A stretch of 64,000 bases of DNA, taken from contig JAQGDQ010000217.1 of NCBI GenBank assembly GCA_030141605.1, forward strand, positions 62,001 to 126,000, read 5' to 3'. The notes below the pieces were generated by a model. That model did no database searches, had not been told where the DNA came from, and worked only from the letters and a program-made list of their open reading frames with translations. The translations under genes were made by a program, and so were the position numbers. Below are positions 1 to 14,413 of this stretch, in pieces. The stretch's first letter is position 1, and every line of letters starts with the position of its first letter. The DNA comes from Tubiluchus corallicola. Its lineage: Eukaryota; Animalia; Priapulida.

Positions 1-1611
1 TAAATCTCGCTATCCACATCGTGTAAATCACCTAGTTAATTTATAATGGATAAATGGGCTTTGTCTTTACCCATTAGCAGCAGACTGCGCTAAAGGACTT
101 TTGACATGTTCAAGAAACGAAAGTCAAACACTTAGGAATAGTCAACGAGGAAAAAGCCCTTGACGAGGACGCGCACGCTGTCCTCTTTCTTGAATGTTTG
201 TTATGCAAATATTGCTTCTTCGTCATGCAAATCAGACTACTGACGGCCACCCTGAGGACATGCCACGCCCGAGAAAGAACTCAGTCATGCATACAAATAT
301 GGCTTCCTCCTAATGTTTCCTGATTAGTTTGGTCACATGCATATCGTAGGAAGCATTTACTCTTATTGCTTTTGTTGAAAACACTAATATATTGAACTCA
401 GTTTGGATGATCGTGACTGCAAATGTATTTTACGAATATCGAAACAATTAAATGAGCAATTTACGCTTTTCTAAAGAATGAGCATTATTACTGTAATGAA
501 ACAATCAAAAGAAGTCATTGGCTTATGAAATTCCAGAGCAACTGCGTGCTCATACCAGAAACATTTCTTCAGATTTTCACATAGACTAACAATAAAATAA
601 TATTAATGAGAAACCTTGCTAACTTCGGCAAATGTTATTCCTTATTTCGTGTAATATTATTTCGCGTAATATTAAAGTTTATTCTTTGTTATTGCCATAT
701 GAGATCATCTCTATTGAATGATTATTTGATTGCGCTTTTCCAAGTCACCAAGTTTAATATAATGTCCGTGACATTGGCGCTAATTTTACATCGCAAAATT
801 CTATTAAACTTTCAGGTTTTACGCACATTAATCTACGTCGTAACGTCCTCAATAAATCACTGGTTTATTTTGACGATTTTTTTAGATTCAAAATGTCATT
901 TAAGCTTTTGATGTAACCCACACAAACTGCCGATATGCGGGAATTCGCAGAAAATTCCAGAAGATCCGACTCATTTATCTTCGCCGTGTCGGCAAACTTC
1001 AAAGGCAGCTTCCTGCATGGACAAGTAAGCGTTTCACTGCGTTTCCAACAGAGCTACTAATATTTACATCGTTACATGACTTCTCCCAATCCATGTATCT
1101 GTGATATGATTGCCCTCACTCCCCCAGTAATTTAGTTATTTCCTTATCTTCGTGAAGAGCTGCTTTACAGGAGGACAGACAGAGGACGAACTTCGTTACT
1201 CAATCGTTTAGTTTTCTGTTTACTCTGTATCCGGTTTGCTCAAATTAACAAACGATCGTTTTTCGCAGATCATGAACTTTAGTAACATTTGTAAACTAGA
1301 AAACGTGTACATACAAAACGTGCACATGTCTTTCATGTGTTCATGGCGGAAATCTGGTTTATCGAGGCGATTGCATTACTTTTTCTGATAGGACCTTTTT
1401 GTATATCAGAATATATTAATGCTAACTGGCTGGCTTAAGCGCAAACGATTGTACTGGGTATAATTTCCAAAGAAAGTACTTGAGATAGAAAAGCTGAAAT
1501 GTGAATGATATGTTGTTGTGCACATGAGGTAGAAGATGTCGGCAAGAAAATCTGTAGCCTTGAATAATAAGTGTATGTGACAGTAAACCTTGAGATTTAT
1601 GATTTTCATCT

Positions 1612-2830
1612 TAGGCCCACTTCATAAGGGCCTGCAGCAAAATTTCTGGAGGGAATATTTCTTGCGGCATTTCTCATTATTTTATATGGTGATGCTTCGT
1701 GAGGAATTTCCTCATGGAATTCCTCGTGAAGAATTCTGCTACCAGCTAGAAGCTTGGCAGCGTCCTCACGAGGAAATTTGCTGATTTGTAGAAATACTGC
1801 ATGTTCCATTTTCGCGAGGATTCCTCGTTGAATTCGCATGAAAATTTGGCTGTTCAATTACTTCTTTCGTGCTTGTCGAACAACATAAATCAGCATCATT
1901 TTAATCTCTATTTTATCAAATAGGCGATTTTTGTTTTATTAATGCAACAGCTAGGCTATGTATGTCCTCAAATTAAGAAGTGGTAAAAAACAGGCCTGAC
2001 ATTACATTGCCTAATATTATTTGGTAACGTTTGTATATGGTAACTACGGCCTGTAACCTAATTTAGATTTGATTATATGAAATATCAAATTATACAGCTG
2101 GCTTTTCCTTGCCATGGTAGTACACCTTCAGGAGATAAAAAAGTTCGTAAGTCATTTAGGATAGTGATCACACTACGAGTGGGTCATTGTCTGACAATTT
2201 AACCCCGTCATGTATGAAAAAGTGAATCCAGAACCCAGGGTTTATTTTAATTTTCTGTATGCTAAGTAAATTGTTCCTATTTTCCAGCTCATATTTTCCT
2301 TCTATTTTAATCTTCTGAAGGTGCACTACCATACTACCATGACAAGAAAAAAGCCAGTTTTTTAATTTGATATTTTACATAATCACATCTAAATTAATAA
2401 TCATACATGCCCCTAACCCAACTAATATATATGTATATACAAAGTAATGTTAGTCAATGTAATGTCATACCTGTTTTATTTTTACCAAAATTTTCTTATT
2501 TTTACCGTTTCGTTTTTTCAAAATTTGAGATTATACATCTATAAAAAATACATGTGTGCGTTATTTTTCTTTCTCGTGAATATAACCATCGCTATTGCAT
2601 TAATAAAACAATAATTAGTCTTTTAAGATAAAAATGAGCATCATTTTATGCTGAGCTAAGTTAATTGTTGTTTGTTTAATAAAAAAGTAGCATTTGAGCG
2701 GTTAAATTTTTATATGGCTTCCACGACAAATCCTCGCGAAAAAGAAACATGCAGTGTTTGTATCAAGCAGCAAATTTTCTCGCGAGGAGGGACAGCGAAT
2801 CTTCGGTAGATATCTACGACCTTGCCAAAT
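1612..2830. mobile_element. Long inverted-repeat (foldback-like) non-autonomous DNA element, probably PIF/Harbinger-type; right end eroded
   Basis: Begins TTA|GGCCCACTTCA. The left arm (~1680-2140) is an imperfect reverse complement of the right arm (~2300-2800), e.g. 1985 AAAAAACAGGCCTGACATTACATTGCCTAATATTA vs 2446 TAATGTTAGTCAATGTAATGTCATACCTGTTTT. It shares internal sequence with the copy at 22563-23222. Confidence 0.6.
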
Positions 2831-4354
2831 TTTCACAATTCTCATGATCGACCTACAACTTTAGGACTAAAGATGGCATCCTTTATCAAGGATGGCATTT
2901 TTTCAGCTCCTATAATCTCTGCCAATAATTATTTGAACACTCTTGTCTGCTTTTCTTTTGCATTGTGCAGCATATCCACCAAAGCCGAACAGAACAACAA
3001 CCATTATGCACATTTTGCTAAAAGCAAATCTTACTCATCCGTGACGTGCTGCTTCGCAATGGGGAAGGATATCGGCCAGAACAGACTCGCTTAAGTTAAT
3101 TTGCACAATCAATGCACGGGTGAAGCACTTGGCCGCCCGCTATATAAATGAATAGGGGCTCAGCAATTGCTGGTAACAAGCGGTAGATAGGCCACACACA
3201 ATCCTACTACCAATTAGTTACGTCCATTAAGCAGAGTTATAGTAATCCAAAGCCTCTGAGTGGCTTTAATGAGCGGTCAACTAGTACGTGCATATAACAT
3301 TGAATTGTGCACACTTAAAGTAACGTAACAAAAAATAATTGCATTCAAGCCCAATTGTGTACTGTATAATTTCTGCTGCCTAAAATCCGTAAATAGACCA
3401 GCTTTAAAAATTCTCACGTTGAAAGGTGCTTTTCCGTGATAATAGAAATAGCCACAATTGCTCCAGGTGTTATTTTTAATTCAGAATTTCACTAGGTAGG
3501 ATCATCGTGCTTTTTATCATGAAATGCACAAAAGCACTGAAACGCGTAAAAGCGCTTTTTTCGTTTGCTCTTTTGCTTTAAACTTTATCGGTTTTTCAAC
3601 TAATTTAGTTTGAAAAGCTTTTTCCTGTTTATCCCTCTAACTAAATCAGTCAATTTGTTTGCTGGCATGTACAAAATTGATGACTGAACTGTTTTAGCAA
3701 AGTAAACGGATTACTGAAGGTATGTTGAGTTTTTCATAGATTCGCTCCAAGTCACCTGGTAATCTGATTATCCAATATTGTTAGTTATGTAATTTTACAA
3801 TTAATCATCTTGAATTACGGTTGATGAAAATGCTGATGAAAACGTAATCCAGTAAAGGTCGTATAAACATTAATAAATCCATCAAATCACTTTTTCGAAT
3901 TATCCTGGGTCAATTACCGGTCAGCATAATGCATAAAAAACCATCGTGACAATACAGTCAAACACAAAGCATCGATTTTTAAACCACTGGTGATCGATGC
4001 GCCCGCTGCTTGTTCGTGTGATATGAAATAAATTTTTCTTCTTCGTGACTCGGTTTTCCATGCAAATTGACGAGAGCACGAATATAACCAAATCAATTTT
4101 GTCTGGATTAACGAAAACCTTTCTTTGCTCGAGCTGTGTATAATCAATGCACTGTTATTATAGGGTGGATTTGGTAATGGTTTAAAGGGGCATTATCTTA
4201 TTATGCTTCCTCTTTGCCAGCATGTGTCACCATTTCAGCATAATATACTTACTAGTATGTACATATATAATAAGCATAGCTATGTTAAAGCGAGGCGATA
4301 GGTGAACGCACTTGATTATTAAATGTACTGGGCGACCACCAGCATTCCGGACGG

Positions 4355-4560
4355 TTTCACCCATTGCTTAATATCCAGAGTTCTATTTCAGTACTTGCTA
4401 CCACTCAATATTAGCAGTACGCCCGGTGGCAGTTCGTTTAAAACCGTACGTAGTTTACTGTTTTAACTCTAGGTAACAGCGCATTCTGTGAACGATCGTA
4501 CGTAGATTTGAATATTTTTAAACTGCTTACTAGCACGCTTCTGGATGTAACAACACAGTT
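4355..4560 (+). mobile_element. Possible degenerate hAT transposase C-terminal (dimerisation) fragment
   Basis: Translations such as 'LTLGNSAFCERSY' resemble the hAT motif LxxPxSxAxxERSFS; the reading frame is disrupted. Confidence 0.25.
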
Positions 4561-7500
4561 TTTAAAGTGATTTAGAATTGTCATAACTGCATGTAATTTT
4601 CCGCATATCCTTGTTGGCGGCAGAATCGTATTATAAATCTGCAGTCATCGTGGGTCACCCATCTTATTTAAAATTGGTATTATGTGATCGCTGTTGCTCT
4701 AACTATTTTTCGTTGTCAACAATTTGCATTTTCATGTTTTAGCAGATATAATGAATTTTTGTCGGTATTTGTAATATTTTCTCAAAATATGACTAGTCAA
4801 AAGTTGTATTTTTCTTCATTTTTTTATAATTTTTTCAAGTATTAAAAATATTGTTAGGTAGAAAGATCGAGAAAATGATATGTAATGTTGCAAAGTTCAA
4901 AAGACTTGTTTACAATATGCCTATAATATTTATATTATGCCAGTTTAAATATGCCTATATATTTCTTCCATGATATTGCTGAAAGGAGCATACTTTGTGC
5001 ACTTTGCTTCTAAAGTAGACTTGTATTCTGCAAATTAAACCATTAATTAACTCTAGCAATAACTTTTTATAGTTGTCATTACGTCAACTGCAGCCAAAGC
5101 TTGTCATTATTCAACTTCATTACCATATCAAAAGCAAACTATCCCGGCCAACTAGGATAACATATTCCCAACCGTTAAAGTGAGGTTATTGTTATTCATC
5201 GACTTGAGCAAAAATGTAATTAATTTAGAAGTTATTTAACTTGCTGTGTTCACCCTCTAGGCATTTCATTTAATTTTCTATTGTGATGTTTGTTCAGCGT
5301 ACCGTCTGTCTTTTTCTATAAAGTTGATATTAAATTTTTAGGTTGTAGATTTTCTTGATATTGACTCACCGGTTGTCCGTCCCAAATGCCTGTGCATTGG
5401 CATGCATACGTCTCCAACCCCGCGCGTAAGTATTTTCTGTCTCTGGGCCACTGTTTGCTTTCGCAGCAATATTGCTTCATATGGGGTCAAGTACTGCGCG
5501 TTGGCCCTACTTTGGCTACCATTTGCTTCATATTACTTCACTGCACTGATTCTCACAACTGCGTACATGTTAAAGTACTTGTTAAAAGATAATCTTGCAC
5601 ACGTATCTGTAAGTGGCATTTTGATACGATTCTGACTTTTGACTTGTAACTGGTTCTGATACTTTTGTTAGAAATGAACTTGAGGTTAAAGGTCAAAACC
5701 ATACTTAGTCTAATATTCGCAGACGCACTGGTTAAAAATTTTGCTGACACTTTCTTTTTGGTCTTTTTTGCTGTTCTTTTATTGCAGCATGCATGAATCG
5801 CGCATGGGACTTTTGCGATTACGTACTCATGTTACATTACATTGTTTGATCAAAGGAATATATAATAAATTCTGGGTGAGTTCATTAGAAATATTATCAC
5901 TTGAAGCTGTCGTTGATGTTGGAGTTCCGTAGGGCTCAACATTTGATTTTATTCCTTTTATACATTAAACATTAAATAAATTAAGCATTAATTTTTGTAC
6001 ATAAGCATTAAATATAAGTAACTTGCTAAACAAATAATTGACACCCAACATACGCTTATAGTTGAGCCATCGTGCATGAAATTTCTTACAGAGAGATTAA
6101 AACAGGCTAATCTGCAGATACTAGTAATAAAACTTCGTTGGCTAAAGTACTCCAAATAAACGATAAGGGCTTCGCACTTGCACTTTGCAGTTTCTTAACG
6201 AATGACGTTTTAGTTGATTTTCAAATCATGCCAAATGAGAAATGTCAATTATTATTGTCTATCATCGCAAAATGAGGCCATGTAGGATTGTAGGACATCA
6301 TGTATTTCAGGTTTATTTGGTTTTGAATGTTCGTTACGTTCAGAAGAATTTTGTCGTTGAAGTGCTAGGAGTTTATGTGTGTCGTTACAAGAATTGTGTT
6401 TTAACTCTGCAAGAAATTTAGTATATTGTTATCAAGAAGCTTGGTGCATCATCGCTGTTACCTTTTACCCGAACTGAATATTGTGTTTTTCGCTAGATTG
6501 TCCGGAAGAAATGTGGTCAATGTCCCCGGCTTATTAAAAAATCGCAAATATGTCATTCAGTTTAGCTTACCTATACACTGCAGACCATTGAAAATACTAA
6601 CAAATCAAGAAGCCGTGTAATTGCTTTTCGCCACGTAGCACTTGTTAGTTCTAATTTTTGTTTATGCTTCTTACACATTAATGGTTTTAATCTTCTCCGA
6701 CATCAAAGGAGTAACTACTCCCTGTCGTTATAAATCATTTATTTGTAACTAAAGTGAGTGAATTGAAGAGTCGATACAACAGATCCTGAAGCGTCCTTGT
6801 AGCTCCCTGGAAACTGTTTAAGCTTCTTAAATGTTTAGCATCCCATTCACGATATTGGATTACTTGAGTATTGCGCATTTGCCAAGTTACTCGCCTCTTA
6901 TTACATAAATACTGCACATTTGTGCTGCAGTGAATGGATTCGTGGCTTGATAAACCCAGGCAAATGAAGTATAATGGATTATGATATCAATTAACTCTTA
7001 AGAGTAATTACTTTTCGCACCATTTCTTGCCATTTATTATTCGTTCTTAGAGGTTTTCTGTAGGACACTACGTAATTTATCTGCATTAAACGCAGACCAC
7101 CCCGCTTGATATTTTAGACAAAATAAATGTCTGTGTGTCATATCCACTTAACGTAGATGCAGAGATTAATAAACGAAATAAATGTATAAACAATAAAAAG
7201 TTAGACAAAATGCTTAATTTGATATTGGGGCCAGTATTGTAAAGCTTCTATTATTAATTTTAATTTTATAATAATAATTTATATAATTAAGTTTATTCTT
7301 AATTATAAATCTGCGAATCGTATGCGATGCTGTATATCTGTAAGACAGTTTAAACAAATTTGTAATTAGCATTATTATGTAGTCATGCACGTTGTAGTTA
7401 AGACTAGTTTTTTGTACATTTAAACCGAACAATGTTCAAACTTTTCTAATTATGCAGTTATCTGGGGCACATGCCAAATTTTTCCGATCTGTTGCGTCAT

Positions 7501-9709
7501 CGTTAATATTTAAATTTAATTTAAATGGACCCGCTTGTCGGAGCTCTGTCTTATTATAAGTGTAGCTTTTATTCGAGACAGCTGTTTTCATTCTGGAAGC
7601 TCAGCAAAATGTATCAACAGTATCAAAACCTTGGGCAACCAAAATGTCATTTATTTATTACGACAAACAATGCCTAAAAGAGTATTGAATTCAACTCGGA
7701 CAAAGTATGTTCTGTATAAAGAAATTAATCCAACATTAACTTATCATTCTATGTATTAGAACAGAGATGTCAATGCTGCATTGCTGGCAAGAGACAGATT
7801 GGTGTATGCTCTGGAACGCCTGTCGTCAAATAATCTTATGAGCGAAAGGGGGCGTTGGAGCAAAATACCCCAAGGAAGAAGATATAAATGCCCTGTAACA
7901 TCGCACATTAGATGCGCTTATTCAAACTGCTTAACTTTTATTGTTGCTACTACAATATGTGCAATGTGTGCTACTAACAACCTTTTTTAATTTCAAAACT
8001 TTAACTTTGCACTTTCAAAAGTTTGTGTACTTGTTATTTATAGGACTATCATCCTGCAACTGCTGTTATAACTTTGTATAATTGCTTAGACATGTCAAGA
8101 AATTTACTACTTCATTACTGCTGTGCACAATGCACATACCCATGAACAACATGTACGCGCATCCCCCATGACACGCATATGTGTATGCTTATGTATATAT
8201 GAAGCACCTAAATGTGTTCACATCCCAAATAAAACACATAGACCTGTTTTAGGTGTATGAACGCTCGTTGTCACACGAAATTTCCGTTTAATGATTTGTG
8301 GACCCCATACATTCACTAATTAATAAGCCCCATTTGGTTATACAGTTTTACTTCACTTGGGTATAGGCTAAACCTTCAACGCAACAAAATGCAAGATAAT
8401 ACAGTTGTACAACACACGATAGTGGTCACAGATTACTTACAATAAAGCAACACTTGATTCAGGCGATTGTCATTGTGTAGTCAGACATAACATAACGTCC
8501 TCGCCTTGCCTCTTCATCCTCTCCATGTCCTTCGTTTGGGGATTTTCTGGACGCTAATTCAATCATCCGTCTTCCTCCGACGCCGGTTATATGTCAGAGA
8601 AAATGCTATCTGGCATAAGTCAACCTAAAAGATTGACTTGTCAACATTGGACGGCTCCTGCTTGACTATAATGCAGCACTCAGCATCTGATATTCGTGAA
8701 AATTTGAGAGCTTTTGCAAACAGAACTACTTGAGTTATATCGTCTGTTATTTGCCCGCAGTGTAAGCTGTAAAATCAGCCTGGGCTTTAAGTGCAATTCT
8801 TGTTGCTGCATTGCAGTAAATTAAGGTTTCCAACAAGATTTTCGCGCATGTTTTTTTTATCAAGTTAGCATGTAACGTATTAAAAAGATGACGGTTTAAA
8901 TTCATAAGTGAAAAATATTTTCATAGTTACTCCATACGTAGAGGTAGAGACGTTTTAGCAAATTATAATTATTCGTATACTGAGATTTTAAAATGCAGGT
9001 TCATTGATTGGTTTGGAACTAGTGGATACTTGGTGGCTTTATTGAGCAGTTTCCCTAGTTAGTGTCTGGTTTTTCTTGCGTTTCAACGAGAAGCTTACAA
9101 AAATTTTTACGAAATCTGATGCAAATATTTTTGTAAGATTGATTGTCGTCCACGCACATCGTAAATCAATACATCATTTCTGCGCTAATGTGCCGTTGAA
9201 GATTTCTCCTGCTGCTGTACTTCTCACTGCCCTCCTCGTTTTTTCATCTTTGGCGGCAGAGTGCATTTCAAGGTCGCGCGGATGTAAAATGTTAAAAGTT
9301 GTGGAACGGCAACACGGAAATGGCTTCTTGGAGATTATGAAGTGCCTTTTCTACTGATCCATCCTTTTCTACTGATCCATCCATATTCGTGTATGAATGA
9401 TTTATCTTTCTTTGAATGTTCTCTCTTTACGAGGGTTTACGTTTTCGCATTTGAATGCACAAAGAAACCTTTTCGCAGCACGGAGATTTTATAATATTAA
9501 TTCAGGCTTCTGCGCATGCGTGATGATATAGAATGTTGTAAGTAGTTTGTTGGAATTTGATAGTAGTAGCTTCGTTTGACAAGTGCAGCATAAAATATTA
9601 TGAAATTATAGGTGAAATTCGAACACAGTTTTGCAGACACTTTTTTCTTTGCGAACACTTTTTTCCATTAGTACAGTTTCTTAATATCTTTGTCTGTCTG
9701 TTTTCCCGA

Positions 9710-9830
9710 AAGAAAGAGAAAGATAGCTGAAGGAGAGAGTGAATGAGAAAGACGAGAAGAGTGATTGAGAGAGAGAGTGAATGATGCAAGGATGAGGAGA
9801 GGGCGAGAGAGAATGAAAGAGAAAGGGGCA
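9710..9830. repeat. GA-rich low-complexity tract
   Basis: Run of GA/GAA/GAGAGA units seen directly. Confidence 0.7.
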
Positions 9831-12800
9831 CGAGACTACGTGCACGTTTCTCTAGCTCTTATCTTCTGTGACTCATCAGGCTGTGAAGCGCCTGTAATGT
9901 GCCTCTCAGACTTTATCATAATATAATATGAGCCCGTAAAACACGAATTTTTATGAGATTTTCATATTGAAAGCGCTGATGTTGATTTACATTGTGGCAT
10001 GAAATGGATTTCGCTTGACTGCGTCAATCTCAGGGCTATTGAGCAACCATTCACAGACAGAAAACACTTTGGTGGTACATGCACAAAAAACCTTGTGGGT
10101 GATACTGCACGGTGCTTTCGCGCATTATATAGTTTGCATCCGTACCTTTGCACGGCAGGAATTCACTCTGCATACAGAGACAAAACTTACTACGTTTATA
10201 CATGTATGTAAACTTCATCTATTTTAAGTGGGTTTAAATAGATAAGTGTTTCAGTGGAGTTTTTTTTATAATAAATATTTAAACAAAAATTTAGTGACAT
10301 TCAAAATGAATAATGAGATAATAATGATGCGTAACATAGTTACTTATTATTATTATCAAATAATAATCTTTTATAAGAGCCTTAGAATTTTTTAAGAATC
10401 TTGGGCATTTCAGTTTAATTAGAGTACACAAAATAAAGTTTACAAATATACAAAAACAATTCAGTTAATACATAATACTACTAAAACATTAAATTTTTAA
10501 ACATTATGCGTAAATTAAAAACAAGAGTTCTGTATATCAATCAATTGCAGGCATTCTTATATACAACAAAAGTCTTTTGATTAAGGTCTGTCATTTGTTT
10601 AAATAACTGAAAAGATGATTACTTATGATGATCGGAAAGTTACCGATGTTAATTGCGTAACTGTTAGTGCGTAGTTGTTTCGGTGTACGTTACTACTTAC
10701 ACCTACGCGCGTTACTACGTAAATTCAGCTACGTTTCAGGTTTACGGCGCTATGGATAAACGCAATAAATTGGCATAATCTGACACACTTTATTTCACCC
10801 TGACGCAGATCGTAAATTAGCTTTCGCATACGTGTACATTACGAGCTTCACGGTTCATTATCATTTGCGCTGCGTCATTTCAGAAATCAGCAATGTACGA
10901 ACATCCCGCGTAGTTCCCGGCAAACAGATACGTGCAAACAGAAACCACGAGAATTCGTTTTTTATACGTCTTACCCAACTACGAATTTATTTTACTCTCC
11001 AAGTGTTTTCATTTTCCAGTTCTCATACATAACTACCACTGTTAAAGGTATTCCAGATTGTGCTAGACTGTTAGTCAATACTAATTTTGGTAAATGATGC
11101 TATTAATGTCGTATTAAGTATAACATTGTGACATCTAAAGACAAGAAAAGGTAAAGCATTATAAACTGGCGCTTTTTTAACTCTTCGATATGTTTTCTAT
11201 AGCTGCCTAACTCGAAATTTATTTTACTCTCTTGTCTTTCTGCCACGTAAAAGGCTTGGAAAATTTTGTTAGAAAGCCTTACAATTTTGTTGGAGCTTGT
11301 AAATCTTTCTAATCTCTTCTGAATCCGAGAACAAACAAGCGAGTTTTAATTTCAAACATTTTTCAGTTAATCCAGCAGATATGTGGAGCTTGAATGACGC
11401 CTTTGGGAGGAAGGATTAGAGACGCATTTTATGAATCTGAGGCGGTTTGATTTTCTTTGTACGTGGATTTCTTCCTCTGAATAAAATGGGCCAACGTGTT
11501 TTTGAGATGATGATTATTATTCAATATGACAAAATTGTGCTTTGTTGTTCTGTCATGCTATTTTAATAATGAAGTGAACCCGCAGTTATTGAATTTTTGA
11601 AACCAAATATGATCGAAAGGAAGAGAATGTTCAAAAAAAAAATTCCGAGCCCTGAGTCCGAACCAGGATATGAACCAACGACCTTCAGCACACAAGTCCA
11701 TCACTAATATCACGATCTTGTTTTTTATACTGATTTCTTTTAGCTGCTGCTGTAATTTTTAATCCTAAAAATTCTTTATGGTTGTACTAAATTTGTAGAA
11801 TATGGCATACCTGTTTTGGCTATAATGAAACCTTAAATCGGCGGAGACCTATGGCCTTAAATTGATTAACTAAAACTTACAAAAAATCGGTTGATTAATT
11901 TCAGAAACAAAGGGCTTTATACTATAAAGGCATCCTACTCTTCAAGCCATTTGCAGATGTTGTGTAATTAATTAAACAACGAAAAATACAATTGAACTCA
12001 CAGTTAAATATGACTAGGCCTGCAATATTCGCCCACGACGTACTTTCAAACCCAAATGCATTATAAATTCACCGAGAATACTGTTTTCATTAACGTTTTA
12101 TTATTCAGTTGCCTAGCTACACGTGTCTAAATTGTCATACACCATCTTCTAAACTTATAACATATAACATTAACTTAATGTAAAATACAGAAAACTTATT
12201 ACAAAAACAATTTTTAGAATTGTACAAAAGTAATAAAAACGAAGATGACAATAATAAAGTTTGCATAATAAACAAGTGTCTTTACATGACAAGTTTACGA
12301 TACTCTAAAAACATTATTGTTCGTGAAAGTTTCGGTTAAACATCACTATTTATGTTGTCTAGTTTTTTTCGTATAAATCTGTTGTTTATATCTAACATAA
12401 TATAAATTAATGTAGGAATGTCAAGTTGGAAACATGTTTTTGGAACAAGGTATGATACATTTTAGATCAAATTTGGGAATGTTCATGTTATCAAATAAGA
12501 GGTTATCTTTGGAAAAAAATTAAATTAGTTAGGCGTTTCTGGGATCTCGCCTGCAATATTCCTGTGAAATCATATCTGGAATGATTTTTTAAACCATATC
12601 AAAATAGTTGGTGACATGACTCTGCGTTATAAATTTATATACAAATCGTATAATTTCGTTCTAAGGTATGCACAATATATATGGAGCTATATATCAGTTC
12701 TTTTTTAATTATCTTACAGAATGTAAAAATATTAAAATATTAGAACTGTATAAACTCATTTTACTGATACATCTCTGTCAATAACCGATTAGTTCGTCAT

Positions 12801-14413
12801 ACATTTTCTTACGGGCTTGAGTAACACTTTTCTTTACAGAACTGTTAATTGTTTTACAGACTGGCACTACTCTTCCTGGTAAGTGAGCGTATTATTAAAT
12901 GAGTTTATAAGTAATTAATAATAATTTCAATCACAGATTAGGTTTATGTTCACTTTTTAGCTAGCGTTAAGATTATTTACAAGTGAAGTTATATGTACTC
13001 CTTTAGTGAATGAATGGGAAGGCGCCTCGTTAATTTAATTCAATTGCTTCAGTAGAATGCTGAGAATGCTTACGAACTAATACACAATATACACAATATA
13101 CATACATATATGATTAATAGTTAATACTATTCTCATTTGCAAAGTAATACGTATAGATAACGTTAGTTGCCATTTGCGTAAAGCGTCGCTTTGAAAGTGT
13201 GAAACATCTGCATCTTATGAACTGATTACTTTCAGAATAAAAATGAACGCTGGGCATATATGTACAAGCAAAACATCTGTATGCTGAGTAATTTAACAGC
13301 ACCTTGCATGACAAGAAAATCAACCAAAACCAGCCATTATGTTTCACACTGGAGAAGAAATCACGCATAACAAAAGTAGAAGTATTGGAAAAGAAATTGA
13401 ATTTTTCTTCAAATTTACAATACTTACATCTTGGAGTAACCCAGACATCAGACTGTATACGAAAGTTCTAATATGTTAGGTTAAACTACCCTTGCTACGA
13501 GATCGCGTTGCTGTTTAATTTCTGCTGTTAAGAGACACCTGATCCGTGGATATTACCGCCCAAGCGACACGCTTATTCATTTAACACGTTCCGTTACTGA
13601 CACATGATATCGACTTAATGTAATTTTCGACCTGCACATCTGCCCAACTGATTACCATGGCATAAGTGAATTGTGACTGTTTTGCTGCTGATCACGATAC
13701 TGACAAGTATGATGATTGTAATGATGCAAGTGGTAGTGATGATGAAGACAATCATGACGGCGATGATGAGTGTTGATACTTACGATGATTGTCACCATTA
13801 GTTACTTGCCATTGGTGCCATTGACTATACTTAACATGATGGTGACAGTGATAGATGAAAATTATTGCAATCAAAAATAATTGTTGGCAATAATAATGTT
13901 TTGAATTATAAATTACAGTTCAAAACTAAAAATGTATGGTAATAGAAAATAAACACGATTGTTGTGACTAATTGTCAGAGAGAGAAGTGATTACTGTTGT
14001 CCTTATCATCGTTTGAAAACAGTAAAGCCATTATTTTGTAGATCTTGCATGTACGAGCATATAATTGTCTTTCAAAATTAACATGGTTTTTCACCCTTAT
14101 AGCGATCATTTATTCCAGTCAAAAGAAATGTTCAACTACTAAGATAAGAACTGACTTCTGTCTTGAAATAATTTCTGATTTTGTTTTATCTGCAGCAGTC
14201 GATTTAATGTGTCAGGCGTGCAGGAAAGTGTTTGTCTTTAAGAAGTTAATTGTGTTTTTCCGACACTTCACCGATTTTCTGTGATTACTTTTAATTCTGG
14301 AAAATGAGTTGTTTTTTCGCTTTCGATCAATGAATTTCTTTTGGAGCTGAACGAAGATGAATATCATGGTGGTGAGACGATGAGTTCAGAAAAAGGACAA
14401 AGCAAAATAACTG

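Noticed and set aside
5900-6920. 'GVP*GS' and 'FQGATR' LINE-like peptide fragments
   Set aside because: Too short and on opposite strands to support a call.
606-14284. Numerous 60-100 aa ORFs in the track (and similar ones throughout introns)
   Set aside because: No recognisable domains; composition reflects AT-rich non-coding DNA, repeats or antisense shadows of real exons.
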